From positions 39,434,001 through 39,498,000 of the forward strand of contig NC_045697.1 in NCBI RefSeq assembly GCF_009834535.1: a stretch of DNA of 64,000 nt, in the 5' to 3' direction. Under the pieces are notes generated by a model. The model saw only the letters and a program-made list of their open reading frames with translations, was not told the origin of the DNA and did no database searches. Source of the stretch: Camelus ferus. Taxonomy: Eukaryota. Shown piece by piece: positions 13,741-25,195 of the stretch. A program made the translations under genes and the position numbers. How positions within the stretch are numbered: the first letter of the stretch is position 1; every line of letters starts with the position of its first letter.

Positions 13741-14672
13741 TTGACACTTTTTAATTAGTGAACATTTCCCCCAATCTGCTTCCTCTCTCCCCAAATAAAG
13801 TTGTTCACATTTTGCCATCTTTTTAGTATTTAAAGATATACACTTTTATATAGGACATACACTTTTTTAAAAAAGAAATCCCTATTTAGTTATATTGAAC
13901 CATATTAAAATTTATCTTTTAAAATACTTCCTTGGGGAAAATTTTTCTATTAAACGGAAGAAACAGATTTGTATAGAGGTTTCACTGTGGTGATAACTTG
14001 AATTAGTTGAATGTAAATTGTATTTTTTTATTTATTATATGTTGAAGTTTTAAAAATTGTGATTACCTGAAACATTGCTATTTCACAGATAACATTTTGA
14101 ACTACAATGAGAATTAAGTTGATTTTATGTGCCAAAATCTTATTGAGATATTCAGATATAATCAAGTCAGAAATAAATGTTCACCCTACATATATATATT
14201 TTTTCTAACCCTTCAAATTAAAGCTACCTTAAAATGGCATCTAGATAAATTTTTATGTTGGGAAACATCTTACTCTTTCAGGATCTGCATGGGGTTTCAA
14301 TGTGCTTATAAATGTTTTATTTTCCTGTTAACCAGGTTGTGAGTCACACCCCCAGTTACTGTAGTAATATATCTAAGATACTGCAGTGTATTGCTCCCTC
14401 TCTTAGCTACGCTTAAGTGTGGTTAAGTGTGGCTTTAGGTTTCTCATTATTTTTCACTCCTTTTAACCAGTATATCAGCGTGTGCCATTCTCAGCACTGA
14501 GCAACCTGAGAGAGAGATGAGGGATTTTGATTTGAGTTGAAGTAAAAATAAGTCAAGACCACTGCTCTCTGTCTCCAAATGCTTATACTTTAATTCAGGT
14601 GATTCTGTTGTAACCATGCAACCTCCTGTGGTTAATATGACTGACTGCTCTTTCTGCTTACGCTGTTTTAAG

Positions 14673-14862
14673 CAAAGTAAAGCTGCAGTTCGGCTGAAGG
14701 AAGACATGAAAAAGATAGCAGCGGTGCCACAAAACGAGCAGAAGAGTTCCACCTACAAAAAGTTATTTGGCGTCAGTCTCCAAGACCTTCATCAGCAGGG
14801 CCTCACTGAGAATGGCATCCCAGCTATAGTGGGGAGCATAGTCGAGTACTTGACCAAGCACG
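14673..14862 (+). CDS. FAM13A: FAM13A coding exon 2 (190 nt): QSKAAVRLKEDMKKI...KLFGVSLQ...IVEYLTKH, start of RhoGAP domain
   Basis: Acceptor ttttaag|CAA, donor CACG|gtgagt; translation matches the recalled FAM13A N-terminus; RhoGAP FGVSL motif; phase 1 end fits the next exon. Confidence 0.95.
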
Positions 14863-15121
14863 GTGAGTCCGGTCGTATTTTAATTCCATTGTTTTTACAG
14901 AAGAAGGTTTTTGTGTGAATAACGTCATAACATGTTACTAGCATATACCCTAAAACACCTTAATTAGAACATCAAATTATGGTGTAATGTATTTTGCCCT
15001 TATAAAAAGACATTAAGAGCATTATGGCGGCTTACCATTATTTTGACAATATTAAATGAATTTGTCATGGAGCTATCACTTTAATTACTGAGGTTTCTAG
15101 TTTGGAATGATTCCTAGTTTT

Positions 15122-16047
15122 TTTGGGTTTTTTTGTTTGTTTTTTTCTTCTGCCCATTTTTTTTAACATTTTTTTTTATTGAGTTATAGTCAGTTTACAA
15201 TGTTGTGTTAATTTCTAGTGTAGAGCACAATTTTTCAGTTATACATGAATATACATATATTCATTGTCACATTCTTTTTTGCTGTGAGCTACCACAAGAT
15301 CTTGTATATATTTCCCTGTGCTATACAGTATAATCTTGTTTATCTAATCTGCATATGCCTGTCAGTATCTACAAATTTTGAAATCCCAGCCTGTCCCTTC
15401 CCACCTCCAGCCCCCTTGGCAACTACAAGTTTGTATTCTATGTCTATGAGTCTGTTTCTATTTTGTATTTATGTTCTTTTTTTTTTTTTAATTCCACATA
15501 TGAACGATCTCATATAGTATTTTTCTTTCTCTTTCTGGCTTACTTCACTTAGAATGACATTCTCCAGGGACATCCATGTTGCTGCAAATGGCGTTATGTT
15601 GTCATTTTTATGGCTGAATAGTATTCCATTGTATAAATATACCACATCTTCTTTATCCAGCCATCTGTTGTTGGGCATTTAGGCTCTTTCCATGTCTTGA
15701 CTATTGTAAATAGTGCTGCTATGAACATTGGGGTGCAGGTGTCTTTTTGAAGTAGGGTTTCTTCTGGATATATGCCCAGGAGCAGGATGACTGGGTCATA
15801 TGGTAAATCTATTCCTAGTCTTTTGAGGACTCTCCATACTGTTTTCCACAGTGGCTGCACCAAACTGCATTCCCAGCAGCAGTGTAGGAGGGTTCCCTTT
15901 TCTCCACAGCCTCTCCAGCATTTGTCATTTGTGGACTTTTGAATGATGGCCATTCTGACTGGTGTGAGGTGATACCTCATTGTAGTTTTGATTTGCATTT
16001 CTCTGGTAATTAGTGATATTGAACATTTTTTCATGTGCCTAATGATC
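15122..16047 (-). mobile_element. Young 5'-truncated LINE-1 with target-site duplication
   Basis: Uninterrupted ORF2 C-terminal ORF 15594-16034; TSD tggaatgattccta(g/a)tttt at 15103-15121 and 16048-16066 followed by AA (TTTT/AA endonuclease site). Confidence 0.95.
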
Positions 16048-17409
16048 TGGAATGATTCCTAATTTTAAGTGCTGAAATCCTCTGTTCTAATATTAATAGT
16101 GAGTTCTCTTGATTCATTAAATTCCAACTGATAATCAATAATTTTTAATGTATTAGAATACTTTTTGAGTATCTCTTTTAGCTTGAGATCAGTCATCAAC
16201 TTATTGAATACCTTGATGTACTCCAGGGTCAGTGAGGTACCACAAAAACTATGATTTATAACCTACTGTGGGCAGTGTGTGTGTGTGTGTGCACGCGCAC
16301 ACGGAGGAAAGTCATTTACTTTTGGAATGATAAAATTAATTGTGTAAAACAATTGTAGTGTACCACAGTACATTGCATGATAAAAAGATAAATTATCTCT
16401 TAGTTACTGAGAACTATGTTTTACAGCTTTTTTGTGATTTTATTTAAAATAGGACTTAAAAGCATCATTCTCAAATTATCCAGGTTTTTAACTAGGGTGG
16501 TATGATGGGAGAACTGCAAACTATATAATAAATATCAATAAATTTTAAGAGATTTGGGAAGGAAATATTCAGAGAGAAGAGCTTGGAATTTACATTTTCT
16601 ATACTGAAACATTTCTCTACTAAAACAAGACTCATCGCAGAGTAGAATATAAAATTTGGGGGCATTCTTAAATGTAAAACTTGTGACTTGGAAGAAATTC
16701 TGTGCTTTGTGCAGTTGGCTTCCAGCCCCAAATCTTCCCACGATTCCACGTCTGTTCCCTGCACTGGGAGGAACGCGGTGTCGGTCGTGCCCCCAAGCAT
16801 AGCACCTCTGTTCCCTGCAGGGGCGTGGCTGCTTGTGACAGGGACTGTATGGCAGACACTTCAGACCACAGAAGCCCGTCAGGTGTTTTCACTGAAAAAC
16901 AGCTCTCGCTCAGGTTATTAGGTATGTAGATGGCAAAATGATGCTTTGTCGTGAAAACTGAAGAGCCAGGTTTGCATTCTTACCTCATCTTGTAGGTGCA
17001 CTCTTGTTTTTGGAGGAAGACAGCAGCGGGAGGGTGAGGTTCCAGAGGACAGCTCTGGATTTGTTCAAATACTTGAAGAAACAGTCTAAACACGAAGGTG
17101 TTATATGTCTCATGGCAGGAGGATGGGCCCTTGGCCTACAGGATCCTGAGGCCAGATGTTACTGAGTTAGAGCTTTGACAGGACTCATTTACACACTCAG
17201 TATGGAGGAAAACTGGATCCTGTAGACTGAGATACACACAGATCTGTAGGTAATTCCTTTAATAGCTTAAATAGGGTTGTTAAGAATTATTCATTTGGAT
17301 GCCAAAGTGTGACCACCTAAAATAACATTTTGGTTTTGACTTAATCAATATTCTGACCCTTCAGCCAACAATGATTGCATAGTAGCCTCTTGAGGTTACT
17401 CTTACATAA

Positions 17410-17640
17410 AATAATTTTCATTTTCATTTTTAATTTTAAAATTATTAAATAATATATTTATGTGGTTCAAAATTCAGAGGGGTGTTCAGTGAAAAGTCTC
17501 TCCCTTGAAACCCTGTCCCCTGACCATTCATCCCCTCCCGGGGATAATATTATTACACTAGTTTCTAGTATGTTCTTACAAAGATATTTGATGAGTATAT
17601 AAGCATACACCGATATGTTCTTTTCCCCCTTTTAACATCT
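17410..17640 (-). mobile_element. Ancient L1 (L1ME-like) 3' end
   Basis: tatgtggttcaaaattcag...gaaaagtctctccc...tagtttctagtatgttctt. Confidence 0.5.
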
Positions 17641-17744
17641 GAATTAGAGGATGCTTTTCTTCTACCCCTCCTTAGCACACCTTAGTTATGCTTTGATAGG
17701 ATGTATTCAGGTAATGTAAAACTAAATGTTTTAGTGGAATAAAT

Positions 17745-17935
17745 CAGCCATTCTTAACCAGGGATGTGAAACAGACACTAGTGGAATCCTTACAGAATAC
17801 CGCACGTTGGTGGTGCCCCATATTCACTGAATCAGAATCTTGACAAGGCAGTCTAGGGTAGGGGACCGGCCCTATATTTTAAAAGACTATGTGGTTAATT
17901 ACCCTGTGAACAACCAGCAGCCCCTTCCTGTATTT
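17745..17935. mobile_element. MER5-like hAT-Charlie DNA transposon remnant
   Basis: ttcttaacc...gcccca...actgaatcagaatct...tattttaaaag. Confidence 0.45.
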
Positions 17936-18481
17936 GAAACTATCATGGTAATAAACCAGAGGGCCTGTGTAAGTTGGGAGAGTGGTATGAAGTTTGAAAG
18001 CAAGATACTTCAGTTAGTTTTATATGTTTTTTAGTTCAAGTCCACAAATATTTATCGTGTGCCTGTGATACAGTATGCATACGACAAATGTGTATTGTGT
18101 ACCTACAATGCAGGAGGCACTCTGCCAGGTATGGAATATAGGGATGATTGGTTATATAATTAACTGCAGGTAGGTATTGTGGTCACACTTGGCTATTTAA
18201 TGTATATGTAGATAGTTAACAACTTGATGTGAGGGAAACCTTTTATTATAAAGGAATTGTAAGACAGAAAGGGTTTATAAAGGCCTATATTAATGCCTTT
18301 TAAATGGATTTCGGACTTTTTTCTTTGAAAACCAATATGTGTGTATATTTTTTCTATTCAAAGAATAATCTTCTAAGTTACTAGTTATTTTAAAACAGTC
18401 TGCTGACAGTGTTACTGGGTTCCTTCTAGCTTAGCATGAAGATCCTGTGGGATCTTTACATAGTGTAGGATTCTCCACTCA

Positions 18482-18495
18482 CCACCAGATGGCAG
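18482..18495 (+). promoter_or_regulatory. CTCF core motif
   Basis: CCACCAGATGGCAG fits consensus CCASYAGRKGGCRS at all 14 positions; in apparently unique sequence. Confidence 0.6.
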
Positions 18496-19548
18496 AATAT
18501 GCTTACACATTGTCACTCCTTTTTGGGCCAGTGTGCCAATAAGAAAAATTCTGACTTCTGGCATGTTTAGTTTCTATTGATATATTCACACACTTATACA
18601 CGTATTCATCAAATTTTGAAATAAATATTTCAACTGTACAAAAACGTAGCTGTCAATGTAGATGTTATTTTTGTCATTGCTGAACCAGTATTAAGTTGCT
18701 GTTCATGACAATTAACCTGTATCTCCTGAAGAGAAATATAACAGAATCTCAGAAATGTATGAGAGTAACTCCATAAAGCCTTTTAAATATCTCACCCCTC
18801 TGAACATTTCTGTTATAATCATTCCCTAAAAATTTAGAGGTCATATACTCTGGTAAGCCTCATGTGGGTATTGTACTATTATAAGTTCATAATGAGCTTT
18901 TAAAAACTGTACGGATTCTTTTTCCCAGAGGGTAATAGAGCCATGTCCGGGGGTTAAGTTCTCCTGATTTAAAATTACTAAGCGTCCTAAATGTTGCTTT
19001 GGCGAGATACTCCTAAGGGAAGAGAGTTGTGCAAATAAATGGGAACAGGAGCAGAAAAACATGGTTGAGAAGCACTGATTTCAGTGACTTCTATTTATAG
19101 CTTCTCTTCCTCTAGTAAAGTCCAGGGGGATCAGGAGCCTTGAAGACCAAAGCCAGCTCTTGGAGCTGGGGAGTTATTTTTGAATAACTGGAAGTATATT
19201 TATTTGAGGGAAGGGTCAAAAAACCTTATTGGAAGAGGGAACCTCAGGTCAAAGCTAGAAAAACACAGTGAAACCAGATCCAGGGGCATTTGCTGGGCCA
19301 AAAGCAGACTTGGGAGCTGGGTAGATACAAGGCTATGATGTAAAACTCTAAATCTGCAGGATTTGGGCCTTGGCCAGGAATGGGATTCTCTTTTATTGGG
19401 CGCTCTCCGCTTGATGCCAGTATGTGTTTCTGAAGTTACAGATGAAGCTTTGTAGAGTAGAGGAGACACCTTGAAAGCTTTAAAAATGACTAAGCTGAAG
19501 CCTCCCAGTAGTAGGTGATACTCTGCAGTATTAAAGGGAATGGCTTAT

Positions 19549-20112
19549 CGTGTTAGTTATCTGTTGCTGGGTAACAGATGACCCCAAAACACAGTAGATT
19601 AAGACAGCTTACTATCTCACAGCTTCTGTGGGTCAAGAATCTGGGCACAGCTTAGTTATGTCTTCTGTTATAAGGTCTCTTTTTAAGGCTGCAGTCGTAT
19701 CAGCACTTGACTGGCTCATGCCCCTGGTTGTCTGCAGCATTCAGTTCCTTGTGGGCTGTTGACCTGAAGGTCTCAGTTATTCACTGGCTGTTGTCCAGAT
19801 CCCACTCTCAGTTCCTTGCCACGTGGACCTTTTTATCAGGTAGCTGACAAAACAGCTGATTCATCAGAGTGAGCAAGCAAGAAGAGCGAGAGTGAGAAAG
19901 AGAACACAGAAGCGAGCAGAGTGGATGTCACAGTCTTTTATAACCTAATCCAAAAGTGAGATTAGAACCTAATCACATCATTTCACCATATTCTCTTGCT
20001 TGGAAGCAAGTCACTAGGTCCAGCTCACACTCAAAGGGGGAGGGGATTACACATGGGTGTGGATACAGAGGGGTGTGGATCATTGGGGCCAGTTGAGAAG
20101 CTGCCTAGCACA
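19549..20112. mobile_element. MaLR solo LTR (MLT1F/G-like)
   Basis: gtgttagttatctgttgctgggtaacag...ccccaaaac start; cacactcaaagggggagggga...ggatcattggggcc...ctgcctagcaca end. Confidence 0.8.
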
Positions 20113-21240
20113 CATACTGACTGGTGTCTCCTTTGGTTACATGATGCCGTGGCCATACTGGTTGTTAAATATTTTTTAATATCATCTCTGGTTTCACAAA
20201 ATGTTGTCAAAATTGGAGCTAAAATTCATGTCAATTTTTGTTACTCGTATTCTTCATAACCAACTAATATGTGTATGTAGAAGAACATGAACATCTTACC
20301 AGACTACAAACTCTGTGAGGATCCTAGTGTTTGAAGTTTTTTCTCATGGTTGATTTTTTTGTTTTAGGACCTAACATAATACTAGGTACTCACTAAATAT
20401 TTGTTGAATTAAAGGGTTCATAAAATGTTTTATCAAATTACAAAGTAAAATGAATCAGCTCCCTTTTTTCTTTAGAAAGAGCAATACAATTAGGAGGAAA
20501 GAGAAAGGAGCAAAGGCTGATACGAACAGACACATCCCGTCTAAATAAGTCTAATAGGCTTCAGTACTTCCGTCACCCTCAAGTTCACCATTAGGATCTC
20601 AATAGGGGAGGGGCGGGTCGAGTGCTTGGGTTACTATTCCCTTAGATTGTTTCTCACTGTCAAGGTTCCTCCACTCACGTGATGCTCTGTCTCCTCAAAC
20701 CCAGCACAGTGGGCTGGAAATCATCTCTACCCTAAACCAGTCCCCCTTCCGCCTGCCCCGTGCCTCCTTTGCCTTGTCACTTACAGTGCTTTTTCTTGGG
20801 TTCCTAGTTTTCTAGGCATCAGAGTTACCTTTCAACCCTTCTTCCCTTATTTCCCTTTGGTACTAAGTTACCAACTCATCTTGATTCTCTCCTTTTCACT
20901 TCCCACCGTAACCTGTCTAATTGCCTTATAGTAGATTGCAGTCCCCCTAAGGCAAGCTCTCTGCCCTCTCCTTTCTTGACTTCTTAGCTAGCTAGGTCTT
21001 CCTTAAACCTCAATTATATTGTGTCTCCCCACCACCCCCACCCCACACACATACCCTTAATGCTCCAATGATAAATAATGATAAAGTTTTCACTCTTTGC
21101 CTTGACATGCATGGCCCTTTACTTACCATTTCTTCCAAAGATCACTCTTTGACCTTCAACACTCCATATTTTCATCTGCCTTCATATTTTTGTGCCGTCC
21201 AGTCTCTGCTTCTCAATTCATGTATTTGTTTCTCTTTGTA

Positions 21241-21396
21241 AGGGGTAGATCAAGGTTTTGTGAGTCCTGATGCTTAATCCTTTGGGGGCCCTCTTTGAGA
21301 AAAAGAACACAAAGTGAAGAATACAGAATTAGGGACAGAGCACTGGAAGGGGCCCTGAAGTTTACACTGCATTAGCTTCACAGTACATCAGCCCCA
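21241..21396. mobile_element. MER53-like non-autonomous DNA transposon
   Basis: Imperfect inverted ends aggggtagat / atcagcccca; internal gggggccctcttt and ggggccctgaag...attagcttca. Confidence 0.7.
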
Positions 21397-21969
21397 GCCT
21401 TTCGGTCTTGCCTACGCTTTAGCCAAGGATGATGCAGCCATCTCTGCTGACCCCAGCCAACATGAATATTCATAAATCTGTTGGCTAAAGACAAGGATTT
21501 TATCTTACACTACTTTATAGTCTCTGAGTCTTATACTTTGAATTTATCGATTACTAAAGAACTGTTACTTCTTTATCAAATTATTACAAAGGTAATCACA
21601 TGTAATTAAGGAGTTTCTTATATATATGTTATTTTTTTTAAATAGTTGTTCTCAAAATGCTAAACTGCTCTTGGAGCCCAGAGTAAGTTTCTGTAATGTC
21701 TGTTCTACGTTGATATGTGTCCTAACCTTATTTTTAGAGGTCAGCTTTTATAACAATCATACAGTCTTTTTAGTGGATACATAGTAGATGTGAAAATTTA
21801 TTATTCTAAGAAAACACTCTTCATAAATTGTGAAAGTCCTCCAGTGCTTGATAATTATTCGGAGAATCCTGTCCATGAGATTTATGGATTTTGGTGACTG
21901 TCCTTTAGAGTTTGGATCTGTCTGTGAGAGACCTGGGTTATTTTCGGTGCGCCTTCTTCGCTGTTCCAG

Positions 21970-22179
21970 GGCTCACCCAGGAAGGCCTGTTCAGGGTGAA
22001 CGGCAACGTGAAGGTGGTGGAGCAGCTCCGAGGGAAGTTTGAGAGCGGAGTGCCGGTGCAGCTGGGGACGGACGGCGACGTGTGCTCTGCCGCCAGCCTG
22101 CTGAAGCTCTTCCTGAGGGAGCTGCCCGAGAGCGTGATCCCCGCCGCGCTCCAGCCTCGGCTCATCCAGCTCTTTCAGG
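21970..22179 (+). CDS. FAM13A: FAM13A coding exon 3 (210 nt): GLTQEGLFRVNG...LLKLFLRELP...IQLFQ, RhoGAP core with arginine finger
   Basis: Acceptor ctgttccag|GG, donor CAGG|gtgagt; GLFR (Arg finger) and LKLFLRELP RhoGAP motifs; phase 1/1. Confidence 0.96.
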
Positions 22180-23073
22180 GTGAGTGCAGTGGCTCCTGCC
22201 AGGAATCAAAGCAGTTTTACTCCTCAACTAAAACCAAGCTTTGAAATATTTGCGCTTTCTGCATAACCACCATCTTGCTGTTTTACTCCAGGTCCTCATC
22301 TTCTACCCTAAAATAATACTAAACTATTATGAAATACCATTATTAAATGTAATTTCTTAGACTGTTGGTATATGAATGTGTACATAACTAATATTGAAAA
22401 GCCCTGATGCTTTTGGGCCAGAGAAAATCTTTTCTGGCTACCATAGAAGTACTAACAATAAGGCATTACATTCTATGTAGGAAATATTAATTAACTGAAT
22501 TGTGTTTGGTTAGTGACCTTTGAGACTGAAAAGTCACTGGTGTGCTTTCCTTTTCTTATAAGCAAGACTGAGTCCTAAAATAGTACTCGTTTTACATAAT
22601 TAAAGTTAAAAGCTGATTTTTAAAGGTCCTTAAACATCTTTTTTCCAATGAGGTATAGTTGATTGCAACATTATATTAGTTTCAGGTGTAAACCATAGTG
22701 ATTCAGAATGTTTATATAGTATATGCCATTTAAAGGTATCAAAATATTGGCTGTGTTCTCTGTGCTGTACAATATATCCTTGTAGTTTATTTATTTTATA
22801 CATAATAGTTTGTACTTCTTAACCCCCTACCCTTACCTCTCTTACCCCTTCTCTCCCTTATCCTCACTGATAACCACTAGTATGTTCTCTAAATCTGAGT
22901 CTGTTTTTTTTTATTGTAGATACTCATTTGTTTTATTTTTTTTTTTAGATTCCACATATAGGTGACAAGACACATCCTCTGACATATTTCATTAAGCATA
23001 ATACCCTCCAGGTCTGTCCACACTGTTGCAAATGGCAAATTTTCATTCTTTTTTGTGGCTGAGTAATATTCCA

Positions 23074-23100
23074 TCTCTTTCTCTCTCTCTCTCTCTCTCT

Positions 23101-23157
<57 letters not shown>

Positions 23158-23159
23158 CG

Positions 23160-23196
<37 letters not shown>
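23074..23196. repeat. Compound (CT)n-(CA)n microsatellite inside L1
   Basis: Directly visible ~80 bp CT run followed by a CA run. Confidence 0.98.
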
Positions 23197-23197
<1 letters not shown>

Positions 23198-23490
23198 CTT
23201 CTTTATCCATTCATCTTTTGGTGGACACTTAGGTTACTTCCATGTCTTGGCAATTGTAAATAATGCCACTGTGAACATTGGAGTGTATGTATCTTTTTGA
23301 ATTAATGTTTTCATCTTCTTCAGATATATATCCAAGAGTGGAATTGCTAGATCATATGGTAGTTCTAAGTTTTAATTTTTTGAGAAACTTTCATACTGTT
23401 TTCCATAGTGGCTGCATCAATTTGCATTCCCATCAACATTGTAGAAGGGTTTCCTTTTCTCCACATCCTCACCAACATTTGTTATTTGTG

Positions 23491-25122
23491 GGTTTTTTTT
23501 TGTCGTTGTTGTTATTATTGAAGAATAGTCAGTTACAATGTGTCAATTTCTGGTGTACAGCACAATGTTCCAGTCATGCATATATGTACATACTTGTTTT
23601 CATATTCTTTTTCATTAAAGGTTATTGCAAGATACTGAATATAGTTCCCTGTGCTATACAGAAGAAATTTGTTTTTTTAATCCATTTTTATATATAGTGG
23701 CTACCACTTATAAATCTCAAACTCCCAAATTTATCCCTTCCTATCCCTATCCCCTCCATAAGCATAAGATTGTTTACTGTGTCTGTGAGTCTGTTTATTT
23801 TGTAGATGAGTTCATTAGTGTCTCCTTTTTTTTCTTTTTTTAAGATTCCACATATGAATGATACCATATGATAGTTTTCATTCTCTTTCTGGCTTACTTC
23901 ACTTAGGATGATGATCTCCAGGTCCATCATGTTGCTGTGAATGGCATTATTTTATTCTTTTTAATGGCCGAGTAGTATTCCATTGTATAAATATACCACA
24001 ACTTCTTTAATCCATTCATCTGTCAATGGACTTTTAAGTTGCTTCCATATCTTGGCTATCATATATAGTGCTGCTGTGAACATTGGGGTGCATGTATCTT
24101 TTTGAATTAGAGTTCCCTCCGTATATATGCCAAGGAGTGGGATTGCTGGATCATATGGTAAGTCTATCTTTAGTTTTTTGAAGAATCTCCATACTGTTTT
24201 CCATAATGGCTGCACCAAACTGCATTCCCACCAGCAGTGTAGGAGGGTTCCCTTTTCTCCACAGCCTCTCCAGCACTTATCGTTTGTGGAGTTTTTAATG
24301 ATGGCCGTTTTGACTGGTGTGAGATAATACCTCATCATAGTTTTGATTTGCATTTCTCTGATAATTAGCAATATTGAACATTTTTCATGTGCCTGTTGGC
24401 CATTTGCATGTCTTCATTGGAGAATTGCTTGTTTAGGTCTTCTGCACATTTTTGGATTGGGTTTTTTTTTTTTTTTTAATTAAGTTGTACGAGCTGTTTA
24501 CATATCCTGGAAATTAAACCTTTGTCAGTTGCATCAGTTGCAAATATTTTCTCCCATTCTTTAGATTGTCATTTTGTTTTGCTTATGATTTCCTTTGCTG
24601 TACAAAAAGCTTATAAGTTGAATTAAGTCCCGTTTGTTTATTTTTGCTCTTATTTCTATTGCCTGGGTAGACTGCCCTAGGAGAACATTGCTAGGATTTA
24701 TGTCAGAGAATGTTTTGCCTATGTTTTCATCTAAGAAGTTTATCATGTCTTGTCTTATATTTAAGTCTTTAAGCCATTTTGAGTTTATTTTGGGATATGA
24801 TGTGAAGGGAGTGTTCTAACTTCATTGACTTACATGTGGTTGTCCAGTTTTCCCAACACCAGTTGCTAAAGGGACTATTTTTTCTCCATTAGTATATTCT
24901 TTCCTCCTTTGGCAAAGATTAATTGACCATAGATCTGTTTATTTCTGGGCTCTCTATTCTGTTCCATTGATCCGTATGCCTATTTTTATGCCAGTACCAT
25001 GCTGTTTTGATTACTGTATCTAGGTAGTATTGTCTGAAGTCTGGGAACATTATTCCTCCAGCTTCATTCTTTTTCTTCAGAATTGCATGGTCTTTTGTGA
25101 TTCTATACAAATTTTAGGAGTA
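23491..25122 (-). mobile_element. Younger 1.6 kb 5'-truncated L1 nested in older L1
   Basis: T-rich tail at 23493; ORF2 fragments 23961-24371 and 24919-25110; TSD ttgttatttgtg at 23479-23490 and 25123-25134. Confidence 0.9.
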
Positions 25123-25142
25123 TTGTTATTTGTGTTCTTTTT

Positions 25143-25195
25143 TCATTGACGTACAGTTATAACGTGTCAGTCTCTGGTGTACAGCACAATGTCCC
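25143..25195 (-). mobile_element. ~53 bp extreme 3' L1 fragment with its own TSD
   Basis: Similar to 23517-23575; flanked by exact tatttgtgttcttttt at 25127-25142 and 25196-25211. Confidence 0.85.

Noticed and set aside
15594..16034. 146-aa minus-strand ORF (also 23961-24371)
   Set aside because: L1 ORF2 C-terminal fragment of 5'-truncated insertions.
16275..16300. (GT)n-gcacgcgcacac alternating purine-pyrimidine tract (Z-DNA-like)
   Set aside because: Short ordinary microsatellite; no evidence of function.
21938..22165. Antisense ORF over exon 3 (and 14447-14752 over exon 2)
   Set aside because: Expected shadow of GC-rich coding sequence; no independent support.
22889..23232. RE/SL/CV-repeat proteins
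   Set aside because: Translations of the CT/CA microsatellite.
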